From Patescibacteria group bacterium (GTDB lineage: Bacteria > Patescibacteriota > Minisyncoccia > UBA6257 > GWB1-50-10), in assembly GCA_040757555.1 (NCBI GenBank), contig JBFLWN010000002.1, positions 83,116 to 147,115 of the forward strand: a stretch of 64,000 bases of DNA, given 5' to 3'. Positions within the stretch are counted from its first letter, which is position 1, and each line of letters opens with the position of its first letter. Positions 37,308 to 47,227 of this stretch are shown piece after piece. Made by a program: the position numbers and the translations under genes. Below the pieces are notes generated by a model, which was not told where the DNA came from, did not search any database, and was given only the letters and a program-made list of their open reading frames with translations.

Positions 37308-39125
37308 TTATAAAAATTCCGATTTGTAACAATCATGACAATATATAATTTCTTCTTGTTCGGGAGAAAATGTTGTTTCAAATTCGTTGGGACACGATTT
37401 ATCCCCATGAAAATGCTCTGTGGTATTTGTATAGGGTAATAGTTTTTGGTCTTTTATCTTCGGTTGATTACACTGACACCTTCTCCTATAAAGATGAAAC
37501 CCGTTTCGCCATGAAAGTATCTCAGCTGTTCTGCAACTGGGACAAAGACGAGGGAGTGCGATATTCATTTCCCGATGAAATGCCAACTCTTCTTTGGTAA
37601 TACGAAATGCCTTTGTACATCCATCAAGACACGCGTTGTGCTCGGTCTGCCACACATTTGTAGAATGTTCACATTCAATAATTTCATCCAAAATTGAATC
37701 AGGAACATCATTTATATGATCCGGGATATCGCCATACTTCAATGAAATTTTATAATTTCGTTCCGCTTCGTCCCGCCACTGCCATCCCTCCTCGAGGATT
37801 TCCTCTTTGGTTCTTGGATACCAAGGGAATGCTGCAGACTCGTTGTATGCATATGCGGAAAATTCTGGTGGAAAAAACTCTCCGAATTTATATATTCTTC
37901 CTTTTTTATCGATATACGGCATATCGTCCATATGTACTCGTATCACTTTGGACAATGTTTCGTATTCTTCTTTTGTATACTGTCGGTTCAATATACAGTA
38001 TTTTTTATTCTGAATTGATACACACCCGATTGAATGAGACGAATTTCTTGCCCAATCACAATACATTGTGTCAATAGAATTATTTCCTCCCGCTGAAAAG
38101 AAACATCGCTCAACATTCCTTGTCATCGCATAAATTTCATAAAGAAGTTGAGAATTTATCCCCCCTCCACCCACATCATAACTGTCTTTCAAACCCAACC
38201 CTCCAAAGTAAATATATTTACAATTTTCCACGTTATCGAGTGCGGAGAAACATGTTTTGCAATTTTTTGTATCGCGGATAATATCGCCCGTAACATTTTG
38301 ACTATTCAATACGTGGGCATATCGTCGTGGGAGAGAAAGATAAAATGCCCTAAATTTTGTTTTTGCCTCTTGAAGTTTTTTATAACTTCCCAAATCCCAA
38401 TATTTTAATTTCGAGAAATATTCCTCTTTCGAAAATTTTTCGTTAAATATACAATATTTTTGTTTTCTTAAATTCACACATCCAAAACAATCGGAACACC
38501 CGACACAATCAAAAAGAAACAGAGAATCGAGACATTCATCCGAGAAATATCCAAACTGTGTCCGATAGAGACGATTTGAGTGAAGCGAGAAATACACGTG
38601 ATCCGAATTATCGACAACATAAGAATCATACGTATCCTTTGAAAATAAAAGTCCATAATCAAACTGGGAATTCTCCGAAAAATAACTCCAAAATACATAG
38701 TAGCAATTTTTAAGACTCTGGCCCGCGTGTGAATATTCACTTTCAATAAGATTTGTACCGGTAAATGCCGGTCGCGGAACCGCTTCAAGAAGTTTCCGAT
38801 ATTGTACAAAAAATGGCTGCGAAAAATCATATTCCCGACCGTAATCCATAGGATCCCATTTATCGGAAAACCAGCATTCACGACAATACACGGTAAAAGA
38901 CGTTCCTGGGGCGTGAATAGTGATGATCTGTTTTCCGCACAGTCCGCACACGTTTTTATAGAGCGTCCGCTCTTCTCTCCACATCATTCGTCTTAAGTTT
39001 CGACACTCCGGACACCATGTCGGCGCCGGTACATCAATTTTTTTGTAGAAATCAAAATCCTCCGGTTCAATAATAAATTCCGTCTTGCAGTTTTGGCAGA
39101 TCCTATTTTCTTGTTGGTTTTCCAT
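37308..39125 (-). CDS. Cys-rich multi-zinc-ribbon protein, paralog 4 of 5 (605 aa)
   Basis: MENQQENRICQNCKTEF...PTWCPECRNLRR...CGLCGK...CRECW. CVGCSDCFGCVNLRKQKYCIFNEKFSKEEY, with the second module degenerate (SSHSIGCVSIQNKKYCILNRQYTKEEYE). C-terminal LCPSCRT...CHDCYKSEFL. Confidence 0.8.
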   Translation of the reverse strand: MENQQENRICQNCKTEFIIEPEDFDFYKKIDVPAPTWCPECRNLRRMMWREERTLYKNVCGLCGKQIITIHAPGTSFTVYCRECWFSDKWDPMDYGREYDFSQPFFVQYRKLLEAVPRPAFTGTNLIESEYSHAGQSLKNCYYVFWSYFSENSQFDYGLLFSKDTYDSYVVDNSDHVYFSLHSNRLYRTQFGYFSDECLDSLFLFDCVGCSDCFGCVNLRKQKYCIFNEKFSKEEYFSKLKYWDLGSYKKLQEAKTKFRAFYLSLPRRYAHVLNSQNVTGDIIRDTKNCKTCFSALDNVENCKYIYFGGLGLKDSYDVGGGGINSQLLYEIYAMTRNVERCFFSAGGNNSIDTMYCDWARNSSHSIGCVSIQNKKYCILNRQYTKEEYETLSKVIRVHMDDMPYIDKKGRIYKFGEFFPPEFSAYAYNESAAFPWYPRTKEEILEEGWQWRDEAERNYKISLKYGDIPDHINDVPDSILDEIIECEHSTNVWQTEHNACLDGCTKAFRITKEELAFHREMNIALPRLCPSCRTAEILSWRNGFHLYRRRCQCNQPKIKDQKLLPYTNTTEHFHGDKSCPNEFETTFSPEQEEIIYCHDCYKSEFL

Positions 39126-39149
39126 TTAAAACTTAGAATTTAAAATTCT

Positions 39150-40931
39150 TTATACTATTTCCGCTTGATAGCATTGTTCGCAATAGACAATCTCTTTTCG
39201 GTCAGGAGAATAACTCGTTTCGAATTCATTTTGACACGCCCCTTCGTGTTGATGCTTCCCGGTATTTGTGTATATTCCATTTTCACTTTTTATACCCGCA
39301 CATTGGCACGTTCGCTTCCAAAGTTTTAGAGGATTTCGTTGTTTTAGTCGAGCGTAATGACGACAATTTGGACAGAGATTTGGAAGTGGAATTCCATTTT
39401 TCTTATAAAGCTGAAATTCTTGAGGAATAATTTTAAATGCAATCGTGCATTGGTCGTTACAATTTCCTCCATGGGCGCACGCGATAATATCATTAGTTAT
39501 TGAGTCTGAAATATTATTTATATCATCCGGAATATTTTCCGATTTTATGGTTACTTTATAATCTCTCTCTTCTCTATCTCTCCAGGTATATCCCTTTTTT
39601 ATCGTCTCTTCTTTGGTGAGGGGAAAATATTCCTGCACCGCTGCTTCATTATAAGCAAATGGGGAAAATTCTATGGGAAAAAATTCTCCATATTTATATT
39701 CCCTTCCCGCCGAATCTTTATATGGATGTTCATTCATCTGAGCAATAATTTCCCCTACTTTATGCTCATAATCTTCCTTCGTGTACTGTTTGTTTAAAAT
39801 ACAATATTGCTTATTGCGAAGTCCTATACATCCAAAACAATTCGAACAATTTCTCAAAAAATAACAGTAACGAATTGAATAGCTATCCCATACATTTCCC
39901 GAAAACGCAGCGTCATGCATATTGCTCCCCGCGTCCATAACATCATAGCTCTTTTCCATATTCACCCCAACCGCATATGCATCATAAAGATCTCTCATGT
40001 CGGTAACCCCATATATTACAAAACGCGAATCTTCCAATGGCCCCTCTATATCGAAACAATCCTTGCTATTTTTTACCTCTTTCAAATAATCGCCTGTGGC
40101 ATTAACAATGTGACGTGAGTTGGAAAACTTTTTTGGATATTTGAGAACAAGAGAAGAAAATTTTTCTTTGAAATTTTCATTTCCCGTCTTTGTGTTTAAA
40201 TGAAGTGTATTTACCTCATTTTTATATTCTTCTTCGGATAATTTTCTATTTAAAATACAATACTTACTGTTGCGCAAACCGACACAACCAATGCAATATT
40301 GGCAATTTCGACAGTCATAACAATATTTCGAATCAATACAAGTATCGGAAAGAATAAGATGGTCGCTGTTATAACACCCTTCAGAATCGATAAGTTCATA
40401 ACATCCCTCATTCTTACTCGATCCAATCATGTCGGATGAATTTTTGTTTTTGATTGAATGATAAAGGTAAGACGAATCTTCATTCATATCACTCGCAAAA
40501 TTCAAATAACAGTTTTTTGATTGATAGGTGAAATTGCAATAATCACTTTCAACCCCATCAATATTAATGAGTGCGGGAGTAGGCACCTTATAAAGAAGTT
40601 CCTTCCATTGTTCGAGAAATGGACGCGATGGATCATATACCGACCCAAATTCCATCGGATCCCACTTATCACTCCACCAATATGTGTGGTCATATACTTT
40701 TGCTGGTGATTCTGGCGAATACATAGAAATAAGCATCTCCTCGTGACCAGGGGCATCACATTTTCTTTTATAGAGATTACGTTCGTTTCTGAAACTAAGC
40801 CGACGCTGTAATCTACACTCCGGACAAAACGTCGGGGCGGGAACATCCATTTTTTTGTAGAAATCAAAATCCTCACTCTCAATCGTGAACTGATTTTTGC
40901 AATTCTGACATTGTTTAGTTTCTGAATTCAT
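39150..40931 (-). CDS. Cys-rich multi-zinc-ribbon protein, paralog 5 of 5 (593 aa)
   Basis: MNSETKQCQNCKNQF...PTFCPECRLQRR. The second and third N-terminal CxxC pairs are lost (CDAPGH, DHTYW). CRNCQYCIGCVGLRNSKYCILNRKLSEEEY and NCSNCFGCIGLRNKQYCILNKQYTKEDYE. C-terminal LCPNCRHYARLKQRN...CEQCYQAEIV. Confidence 0.8.
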   Translation of the reverse strand: MNSETKQCQNCKNQFTIESEDFDFYKKMDVPAPTFCPECRLQRRLSFRNERNLYKRKCDAPGHEEMLISMYSPESPAKVYDHTYWWSDKWDPMEFGSVYDPSRPFLEQWKELLYKVPTPALINIDGVESDYCNFTYQSKNCYLNFASDMNEDSSYLYHSIKNKNSSDMIGSSKNEGCYELIDSEGCYNSDHLILSDTCIDSKYCYDCRNCQYCIGCVGLRNSKYCILNRKLSEEEYKNEVNTLHLNTKTGNENFKEKFSSLVLKYPKKFSNSRHIVNATGDYLKEVKNSKDCFDIEGPLEDSRFVIYGVTDMRDLYDAYAVGVNMEKSYDVMDAGSNMHDAAFSGNVWDSYSIRYCYFLRNCSNCFGCIGLRNKQYCILNKQYTKEDYEHKVGEIIAQMNEHPYKDSAGREYKYGEFFPIEFSPFAYNEAAVQEYFPLTKEETIKKGYTWRDREERDYKVTIKSENIPDDINNISDSITNDIIACAHGGNCNDQCTIAFKIIPQEFQLYKKNGIPLPNLCPNCRHYARLKQRNPLKLWKRTCQCAGIKSENGIYTNTGKHQHEGACQNEFETSYSPDRKEIVYCEQCYQAEIV

Positions 40932-40945
40932 TTTTTCTTTATAAA

Positions 40946-41632
40946 CTAAAGCTGTTTTGCAATTTTGATCATTTTTTGGAACTCCTTCGCATCAATACTT
41001 GCCCCACCAATCAACAGTCCTGCAATTTCTTTTTTTCTCAAAAAACCTTCTGCGTTTTTTGAATTTGTTGAACCGCCATATAACACGGGTACTGAAACAA
41101 TATTTTTTATAAATCGTGCAACACATGCCGCATCTTCCGGATCGGCATTTTTCCCCGTACCAACTGCCCAAATTGGTTCATATGCAATAATAAGATTTTT
41201 TTTGTCCTTAACAAATTTTAATTGTTTTTTTATAAATTCTTCCGTTGCCTTCTTTCCCTTTTTATAAACAGAAAGTGGTTCTCCAACACATAAAATAACT
41301 TTTAGTCCCGCGTGTATTCCCACCTTCACTTTTTTTGCAATCACCTCATCATTCTCTCCAAGGCGGCGGCGTTCCGAATGCCCAATAACTACATATTTCA
41401 CTCCAAGTTTTTTTAACATCTCTGGAGACACTTCGCCCGTGAATGCTCCTTTTTCTTCATAGAAAACATCCTGTGCGCCGACCGATGCATTCTTCAAAAC
41501 ATTTTTTACCGCTTTCAAAAAAGGAAACGGCGGTATAAGTACCGCGTTTTTGACATCACTTGCCCGCGCAAGTTTCACTGCCTCCACCTCACTTTGTGGG
41601 TTCATTTTCCAATTACCAAAAAGAATTTTCAT
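40946..41632 (-). CDS. tpiA: triosephosphate isomerase
   Basis: VVIGHSERRRLGENDE, CVGEPL and YEPIWAVGTGK catalytic motifs. Confidence 0.9.
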   Translation of the reverse strand: MKILFGNWKMNPQSEVEAVKLARASDVKNAVLIPPFPFLKAVKNVLKNASVGAQDVFYEEKGAFTGEVSPEMLKKLGVKYVVIGHSERRRLGENDEVIAKKVKVGIHAGLKVILCVGEPLSVYKKGKKATEEFIKKQLKFVKDKKNLIIAYEPIWAVGTGKNADPEDAACVARFIKNIVSVPVLYGGSTNSKNAEGFLRKKEIAGLLIGGASIDAKEFQKMIKIAKQL

Positions 41633-41641
41633 CTATTTATT

Positions 41642-42688
41642 TTACACAAAACGGGCGAGGAAGAACAACACAAGACCGAAGGTGGTCATCACCGCGGAGA
41701 TAATCCAAAATCGCATAGTAATCTGACTTTCCGGCCATCCAATTCCCTGGAAGTGATGATGGATTGGAGTTGAAAGAAACACCTTTCTTTTAAATAATTT
41801 TTTGCTTGTTAATTGAATGATCACCGAAAGCGATTCAATCACAAGAATGATTCCAAAAAACGGGAGAAAGAATGCAGTATTCGTCACCATCGCCATCACC
41901 CCAAGTGTAATTCCCAAAGACATCGAACCGGTATCCCCCATAAAAAACTTCGCCGGGTGAATATTAAACCAAAGAAATGCAAGTAATGCACCCAAAAGCG
42001 TTGCGTTCATCATCGCGAGATCGTAGCGATGCATCACAAACGAAACGATCGCAAATGCACCAAACGCCAAAAACATTACCCCCGCCGCAAGTCCGTCCAA
42101 TCCGTCGGTTTCATTTGAAGAAAATGCAGTCGCCACGATAATAAAAACGAAAAACGGAATATACCACCACCCAAGTTCGAGATTTCCCAAAAACGGAACA
42201 TAGACCGTACTCCACCCAAGTCGGAAATAAAACCACCATGCTCCAATAAGTGAAACAATGGCGTAGAGAAGAAGTTTATGTTTTACCTTTAATCCTCCTC
42301 CATGTGGACCGATTCCAAAAATACCGAACAAATCATCAGCAAGACCAACAAGTGCAGCAAAAAGAAGTGCAGCAAGCGGAACATATGTTTCGGCACGATT
42401 TACAAAATTAAAATAACTGGCGAATCCCCCAAAGGCAGCACTCGCAAGAAAAAATACAAGAGCAATTCCCACCACCGTTCCCCAAATAATCACTCCCCCC
42501 ATTGTGGGAGTCGAAGATTTATCTTTGTGATGTTGGTAAAAAACCGGAGCACTTTTTTCGTCTCTAATGTTTTTTTTATTAAAATCAAATTTTTTCAAAA
42601 AATGGAACACAAATGGGGTAACCAAAAGAGCGATGACAAAAGCCATTGCAAACATGATAAGTGCCCGTATTGCTTCAAATAACACCAT
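41642..42688 (-). CDS. mraY: phospho-N-acetylmuramoyl-pentapeptide transferase
   Basis: NETDGLDGLAAG and PIHHHFQGIGWPE MraY signatures; polytopic. Confidence 0.85.
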   Translation of the reverse strand: MVLFEAIRALIMFAMAFVIALLVTPFVFHFLKKFDFNKKNIRDEKSAPVFYQHHKDKSSTPTMGGVIIWGTVVGIALVFFLASAAFGGFASYFNFVNRAETYVPLAALLFAALVGLADDLFGIFGIGPHGGGLKVKHKLLLYAIVSLIGAWWFYFRLGWSTVYVPFLGNLELGWWYIPFFVFIIVATAFSSNETDGLDGLAAGVMFLAFGAFAIVSFVMHRYDLAMMNATLLGALLAFLWFNIHPAKFFMGDTGSMSLGITLGVMAMVTNTAFFLPFFGIILVIESLSVIIQLTSKKLFKRKVFLSTPIHHHFQGIGWPESQITMRFWIISAVMTTFGLVLFFLARFV

Positions 42689-42691
42689 AAT

Positions 42692-43648
42692 TTATTCAGG
42701 AAACGTATATGCTTCCTCGACCCACTTCAATAATGCGGGAACCTCCTCCACTCTATTTGGACTTCCGAGCACAATCACTGCAACTCGGTAGTTCTTTAAT
42801 AAGAATATTCCTAAAAAGTTCTCGTGTGAAGATTCAATAGTTCCCGTTTTTCCCCCAAGAAAATTTCTATTATCAAGAAACGGAATAATATTGGTCACCG
42901 TTCTGGTTTTCGGATCATTCATTGGTTCAACAAGAAAACTATTCGTGCGTGTCCATGAAAAAATCTCAGGGTGTTTTTCGATAATATATTTCGTCAAAAT
43001 TAAAAGATCATGCGCGGTTGAGACATTCAAATCGGAAAGCCCCGATTCATCATAAAATATCGTATCATTCATCCCCAACTCTCGTGCTTTTTTATTTAAT
43101 GCACGCACGAGCTCATCCGATCCATCCATATATTCCCCAAATGCAACAGCGGCATCATTTGAAGAAGTGAGTAACATAATTTTTATAAGATCCCTCGAAG
43201 AATACACCTCTCCACTTTTCAAATCTCCCGCAATCCCTTCAATAAGGGTCGCATTTTTACTTATCGGAATTTTTTTATTTTCTCCAATATTTTCCAATAC
43301 CACAATTGCAGTCATGAGTTTTGATATTGAGGCAATCGGCCACTGTTTATATGTATTGTAGTGAAGAAAAGGAAATCCGCTATCGAGAGATTGAATAAGC
43401 ACTGCCTGAGCTTTTATTTCCGAATCCAACACGCTCCACATTCGCATCGGAAGTTTATAATCATTTTTCGCCGTGCCAGGACGAACTCCCCCTTCATTGG
43501 TAAGAGAAGAATTTGTGTCTACCGACGATTTTTTTTCCTCATCTCTCTCAACGGGAAAAATGTTTGCTTTCCCAAAATCAGTTTTGGTAAGTGCCACTGA
43601 AATCAAGATAATAAGTATAAGAATAAGTGATTGCCAGCGTATATTCAT
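42692..43648 (-). CDS. D-alanyl-D-alanine carboxypeptidase (S11 / low-MW PBP)
   Basis: Signal-anchor and the SxxK active site (IASISKLMTAIVVLE). Overlaps scpB by 4 nt. Confidence 0.7.
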   Translation of the reverse strand: MNIRWQSLILILIILISVALTKTDFGKANIFPVERDEEKKSSVDTNSSLTNEGGVRPGTAKNDYKLPMRMWSVLDSEIKAQAVLIQSLDSGFPFLHYNTYKQWPIASISKLMTAIVVLENIGENKKIPISKNATLIEGIAGDLKSGEVYSSRDLIKIMLLTSSNDAAVAFGEYMDGSDELVRALNKKARELGMNDTIFYDESGLSDLNVSTAHDLLILTKYIIEKHPEIFSWTRTNSFLVEPMNDPKTRTVTNIIPFLDNRNFLGGKTGTIESSHENFLGIFLLKNYRVAVIVLGSPNRVEEVPALLKWVEEAYTFPE

Positions 43649-44298
43649 TGATGTGGGATATCATTCTGTTCTTGTTGAACAACTTCTTCGTTCGACTGCA
43701 CGGGCGGAACCTGAGGAATCAATTGCCCTTCTCCTTCTCGATTTTGAAATTCCTGTCGTTCATAATCTTCAAATATCTGTTTGTATTTTTCATAATCGGG
43801 AAGTTCCGAAACATTTCCAATTCCCATGTGTTTCAAAAAATCAAATGTCACCGAATACTCGTACGTATTTTTCCTTTCGGTTCCCTGTTCTCTCCCGATA
43901 AGTCCGCGTATCAAAAGATTACGGATGATGAAACTTGAATTTACTCCGCGGATATAATCAATGGTCGGACGTGATACGGGACCCAAATATGCAATAAGCG
44001 ATAATGTCTCAAGTGCAGCAGGGGTAAGTTGTTCTTTAAATTCTTCTTCAACAATTTTTCCACTGATGTGCTGATATTCCGGTTTTGTGGCTAATTGCAC
44101 TTCATCTCCATTTCTCATCACCATAAGTCCGGAAGATATATCTTCTCGCATTCTTCCTTCAAGTAATGAAACAAGTTCTGTGCATTCTTCTTCTTTTATT
44201 TTTAACATTGACGCAATACGCTTCAAAGAAAGCGGATTTCCAAAATGGAACAGGAGTGACTCAAGTTCGGGAATTTTATTTTGTGTTTCTTCGTTCAT
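43645..44298 (-). CDS. scpB: segregation and condensation protein B
   Basis: Tandem winged-helix pattern (LESLLFHFGNPLSLKRIASML...LETLSLIAYLGPVSRPTIDYIRGVNS). Confidence 0.8.
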   Translation of the reverse strand: MNEETQNKIPELESLLFHFGNPLSLKRIASMLKIKEEECTELVSLLEGRMREDISSGLMVMRNGDEVQLATKPEYQHISGKIVEEEFKEQLTPAALETLSLIAYLGPVSRPTIDYIRGVNSSFIIRNLLIRGLIGREQGTERKNTYEYSVTFDFLKHMGIGNVSELPDYEKYKQIFEDYERQEFQNREGEGQLIPQVPPVQSNEEVVQQEQNDIPHQ

Positions 44299-44316
44299 AT
44301 AAAAACTTTTTATATT

Positions 44317-45036
44317 TTATTGGCTTTTTTGCGTTTTCGCAACCGTCATCTCCGCAAAATGATTTTCCTGTTCGACGTTAATAAGCTGATCCTTAATGAG
44401 ATGGAGAATGGCAAGAAAAAGCACAACCACCTCTCCCTTTGTCTTCCCCTCTCGTAAATGTTTAAAAAGCGTCGGTGAATCAGTGAGACGAGAAAACACC
44501 TCATTAATCTTTTCTCTTAAATTAATGATCTCCGCTTTTATCACCCCAACGGGACGCAATACTTTTTGAAGCTCTCCAAATGCTTTTTGGATTGAATTGT
44601 GTAGATCGTCTACAGTAATGCGTTTCGGAGGATAAAAAAGAGGTCCCATGGTCATGAGAAATTCACGATGCATCATCTGTGGAAATTCCCTCCATCCTTC
44701 CTTTATATGTGGTTGTGCGTGTTTTAGTTCCTGATATAACCTTAATCGTGCTTCAAAATTTGATATATCGGACTCCTCTTCTTCTGTGAGTGGAAGTGAA
44801 GGAAGAAGCACTTTTGATTTTATAAGAATAAGTTTTGAGGCTACTACAAGAAAATCGGCAATGTATTCTCTTGTTTTTTCTTCTTCTCCAAGTTTTTCAA
44901 TGTATTGTAAAAAATCCCCAGTCACCTCGGCGATGTTCACTGAAGTAATTTCCATTTTTTTCTCCTCAATGAGTTCAAGAAGCTTCTCAAGGGGCCCCTT
45001 ATACGTCTCAAGTTTCAATTCATACACAGCATCCAT
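44317..45036 (-). CDS. scpA: segregation and condensation protein A
   Basis: MDAVYELKLETYKGPLEKLLELIEEKKMEITSVNIAEVTGDFLQY is a ScpA N-terminus. The start was trimmed from the track's 45171 (no support for the extension). Confidence 0.75.
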   Translation of the reverse strand: MDAVYELKLETYKGPLEKLLELIEEKKMEITSVNIAEVTGDFLQYIEKLGEEEKTREYIADFLVVASKLILIKSKVLLPSLPLTEEEESDISNFEARLRLYQELKHAQPHIKEGWREFPQMMHREFLMTMGPLFYPPKRITVDDLHNSIQKAFGELQKVLRPVGVIKAEIINLREKINEVFSRLTDSPTLFKHLREGKTKGEVVVLFLAILHLIKDQLINVEQENHFAEMTVAKTQKSQ

Positions 45037-45044
45037 ACCACCTA

Positions 45045-45434
45045 TTGTATAATGAAATGAAGAATATGGTAAAGAAATTAGAAATGCATCCAGAACACAT
45101 ATTACGACTTGGGCTGGGGCTCGTACTCGTCTATATGGGATTTTACACATTCTTTGATGGGGGCGAATCATTTTCCGCGTACGTCACATTTTTTTCATTT
45201 CTTCCCAATATAGAATTTTTTGTAAAAATATTTTCGGTATTTCAAATTATCGCCGGCATATGTTTTCTTGCTGGATTACTTTTGAGAACTATTTCGTTTG
45301 TTATCTTTTGGGAATTCCTGTTGGGACTCATCATTGGCGGAGCTGATATATCAACATATAAAGATTTCGGGCTCATGACATCAGCACTCGCACTCTTCGT
45401 ACTTTCCAAAAAAACACCTTCTTTAAAAAACTGA
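45045..45434 (+). CDS. DoxX-like small membrane protein
   Basis: Three to four TM helices (LGLGLVLVYMGFYTFFDGG...). Confidence 0.45.
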   Translation: MYNEMKNMVKKLEMHPEHILRLGLGLVLVYMGFYTFFDGGESFSAYVTFFSFLPNIEFFVKIFSVFQIIAGICFLAGLLLRTISFVIFWEFLLGLIIGGADISTYKDFGLMTSALALFVLSKKTPSLKN

Positions 45435-45437
45435 ATA

Positions 45438-45467
45438 AAAACTCCCGAATTTATCGGGAGTTTTTAT
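45438..45467. terminator. Bidirectional terminator (actcccgaatttatcgggagt)
   Basis: 8-bp stem flanked by A5 and T5, between convergent genes. Confidence 0.65.
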
Positions 45468-46483
45468 TATCCGTGTCTTATTACCATCACATCGCCATCC
45501 TGCACCACATACTCTTTTCCTTCAAGACGAAGCCATCCTTTTTGTTTTGCTTGCACCCACCCACCTGCCTGCACGAGTTTTTCATATGAAATAACTTCAG
45601 CTCGTATAAATTTCTGCTCAAAGTCAGTGTGAATGGTGCCGGCCGCTTGTGGTGCCTTTGATCCCCGCTCGATTGTCCACGCACGTGTTTCATCTTCTCC
45701 AGTCGTAAGAAAACTCATAAGATCTAAAATTTTATATGCACTTTTAATAAGTTCCGGAATTGCATTTCCCGAACTCAAATCGGCAATCACATACTCTGCA
45801 TTCATCTTTTTTATTTTTTCTTTCAATGAATCACTCACGTCACTTTCATTTCCGTTTAAAAGAAAAATTTGTGCTTTCGCAGTTAATAATCCCAAATCCC
45901 CAATGGTCTTAATACTTTCAAGAATTTCGGAATGATTTGGAAGTGTAAAAAGAGGAACCCCTTTTTCGATTTCATCTTTTATTTTTTTCAATGCATCTCG
46001 CACTACTATCATTTCTTTCTTTCCACTTCGCGCCTCCGACTCTGCTTTATGATATCGTTTCTCAACCGTATCGAGATCTTTTAATAATAATTCGGTATTA
46101 ATAATATCGATGTCACGCTCCGGATTCGTTTCACCTTCAACATGGATAATTTCTCCCGAAGAAAAACAACGGACTACTTGCACCACTGCCTTACATTCAC
46201 GAATATGGGAAAGAAATTGATTTCCCAATCCCTCACCTTGATTCGCTCCCTTCACAAGTCCCGCAATATCATAAAATTCTACAACTGCAGGGATCTTCTT
46301 TTTTGAATTACTCAATTTCGCAAGTGCATCGACTCGCTCATCGGGAACGGGCACCACTCCTACGTTTGGATCAATTGTCGCAAACGGATAATTTGCAATA
46401 TGCACCTCCTGCGCGGTAAGTGCCCTAAAAAGTGTCGATTTTCCCACATTGGGAAGTCCTACAATGCCAATTGATAATTTCAT
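45467..46483 (-). CDS. ychF: ribosome-binding ATPase YchF
   Basis: MKLSIGIVGLPNVGKSTLF G1 motif, an Obg-like ATPase with a C-terminal TGS-like region. The start was trimmed to MKLSIGIVG. Confidence 0.85.
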   Translation of the reverse strand: MKLSIGIVGLPNVGKSTLFRALTAQEVHIANYPFATIDPNVGVVPVPDERVDALAKLSNSKKKIPAVVEFYDIAGLVKGANQGEGLGNQFLSHIRECKAVVQVVRCFSSGEIIHVEGETNPERDIDIINTELLLKDLDTVEKRYHKAESEARSGKKEMIVVRDALKKIKDEIEKGVPLFTLPNHSEILESIKTIGDLGLLTAKAQIFLLNGNESDVSDSLKEKIKKMNAEYVIADLSSGNAIPELIKSAYKILDLMSFLTTGEDETRAWTIERGSKAPQAAGTIHTDFEQKFIRAEVISYEKLVQAGGWVQAKQKGWLRLEGKEYVVQDGDVMVIRHG

Positions 46484-46550
46484 TCTTGTATTGTTATAAC
46501 TTAATACTATGATAAACATAGAATTTATCAATTATATAAGGGAGGGGCTC

Positions 46551-47192
46551 ATGAAACTCAAAAATCTCATCCGATATACTCTGTTCTGGTGCGGTATGCC
46601 CAAGAGCAAAAATGAACACGAAGGAGATGTTATTCTCGCTCAATCATTCGGAAGAAATTCATTTGATGAAGCGGATATGAAAGTACTTAATGAAAAATTC
46701 GACGAATTCGAATTAGATGAAAAAGTACTTGAGTGGATACGCACAAAAAACTTTAAGCCTGGAAAACCAAACAAAAAAATTGCGGAGGGGGTAATGAATT
46801 TTATGCAAAGACACTATATCCCCGCAATAGTACAGTGGGAAGTTGCCGCCGCATTCCCAAGTGATTGGTATGAGAAAAATAAAAAATACATCACTTGTAT
46901 ATGGCCACCAGCAGGAAATAGTTATATTGATTTACATTCAGTAATTATTGAATCACTTCATGCTATGAAAGAAAAGAAATTATCCAATCCGATTGTCGCG
47001 ACTCACAAAAGACAAATTGTACGGGTGGCGTGTGTTATAAAAAAGCTTTTCGGAAAATTCCCGTTTATCTCGGAAGTACAACCAAAAAACTTTGACAAAA
47101 ACTCTTTGAAATGGGAAACACGAAATTTATTGTATTGGTCACTCAAAGAACCTTTTGTCCGCATGTGCTACATCGTAAAACGATATGTATAA
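46551..47192 (+). CDS. hypothetical protein (about 213 aa)
   Basis: GGGAGGGG RBS then ATG at 46551 (MKLKNLIRY). No motifs recognised. Confidence 0.45.
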   Translation: MKLKNLIRYTLFWCGMPKSKNEHEGDVILAQSFGRNSFDEADMKVLNEKFDEFELDEKVLEWIRTKNFKPGKPNKKIAEGVMNFMQRHYIPAIVQWEVAAAFPSDWYEKNKKYITCIWPPAGNSYIDLHSVIIESLHAMKEKKLSNPIVATHKRQIVRVACVIKKLFGKFPFISEVQPKNFDKNSLKWETRNLLYWSLKEPFVRMCYIVKRYV

Positions 47193-47227
47193 AAAGACGC
47201 CCATCACATCATGCAGCGTCTTTTTTA
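47193..47227 (+). terminator. Probable terminator (agacgc...gcgtct + T6)
   Basis: 6-bp GC stem with a large loop then tttttt. Also adjacent to the end of the convergent gene 47225-47665. Confidence 0.4.
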
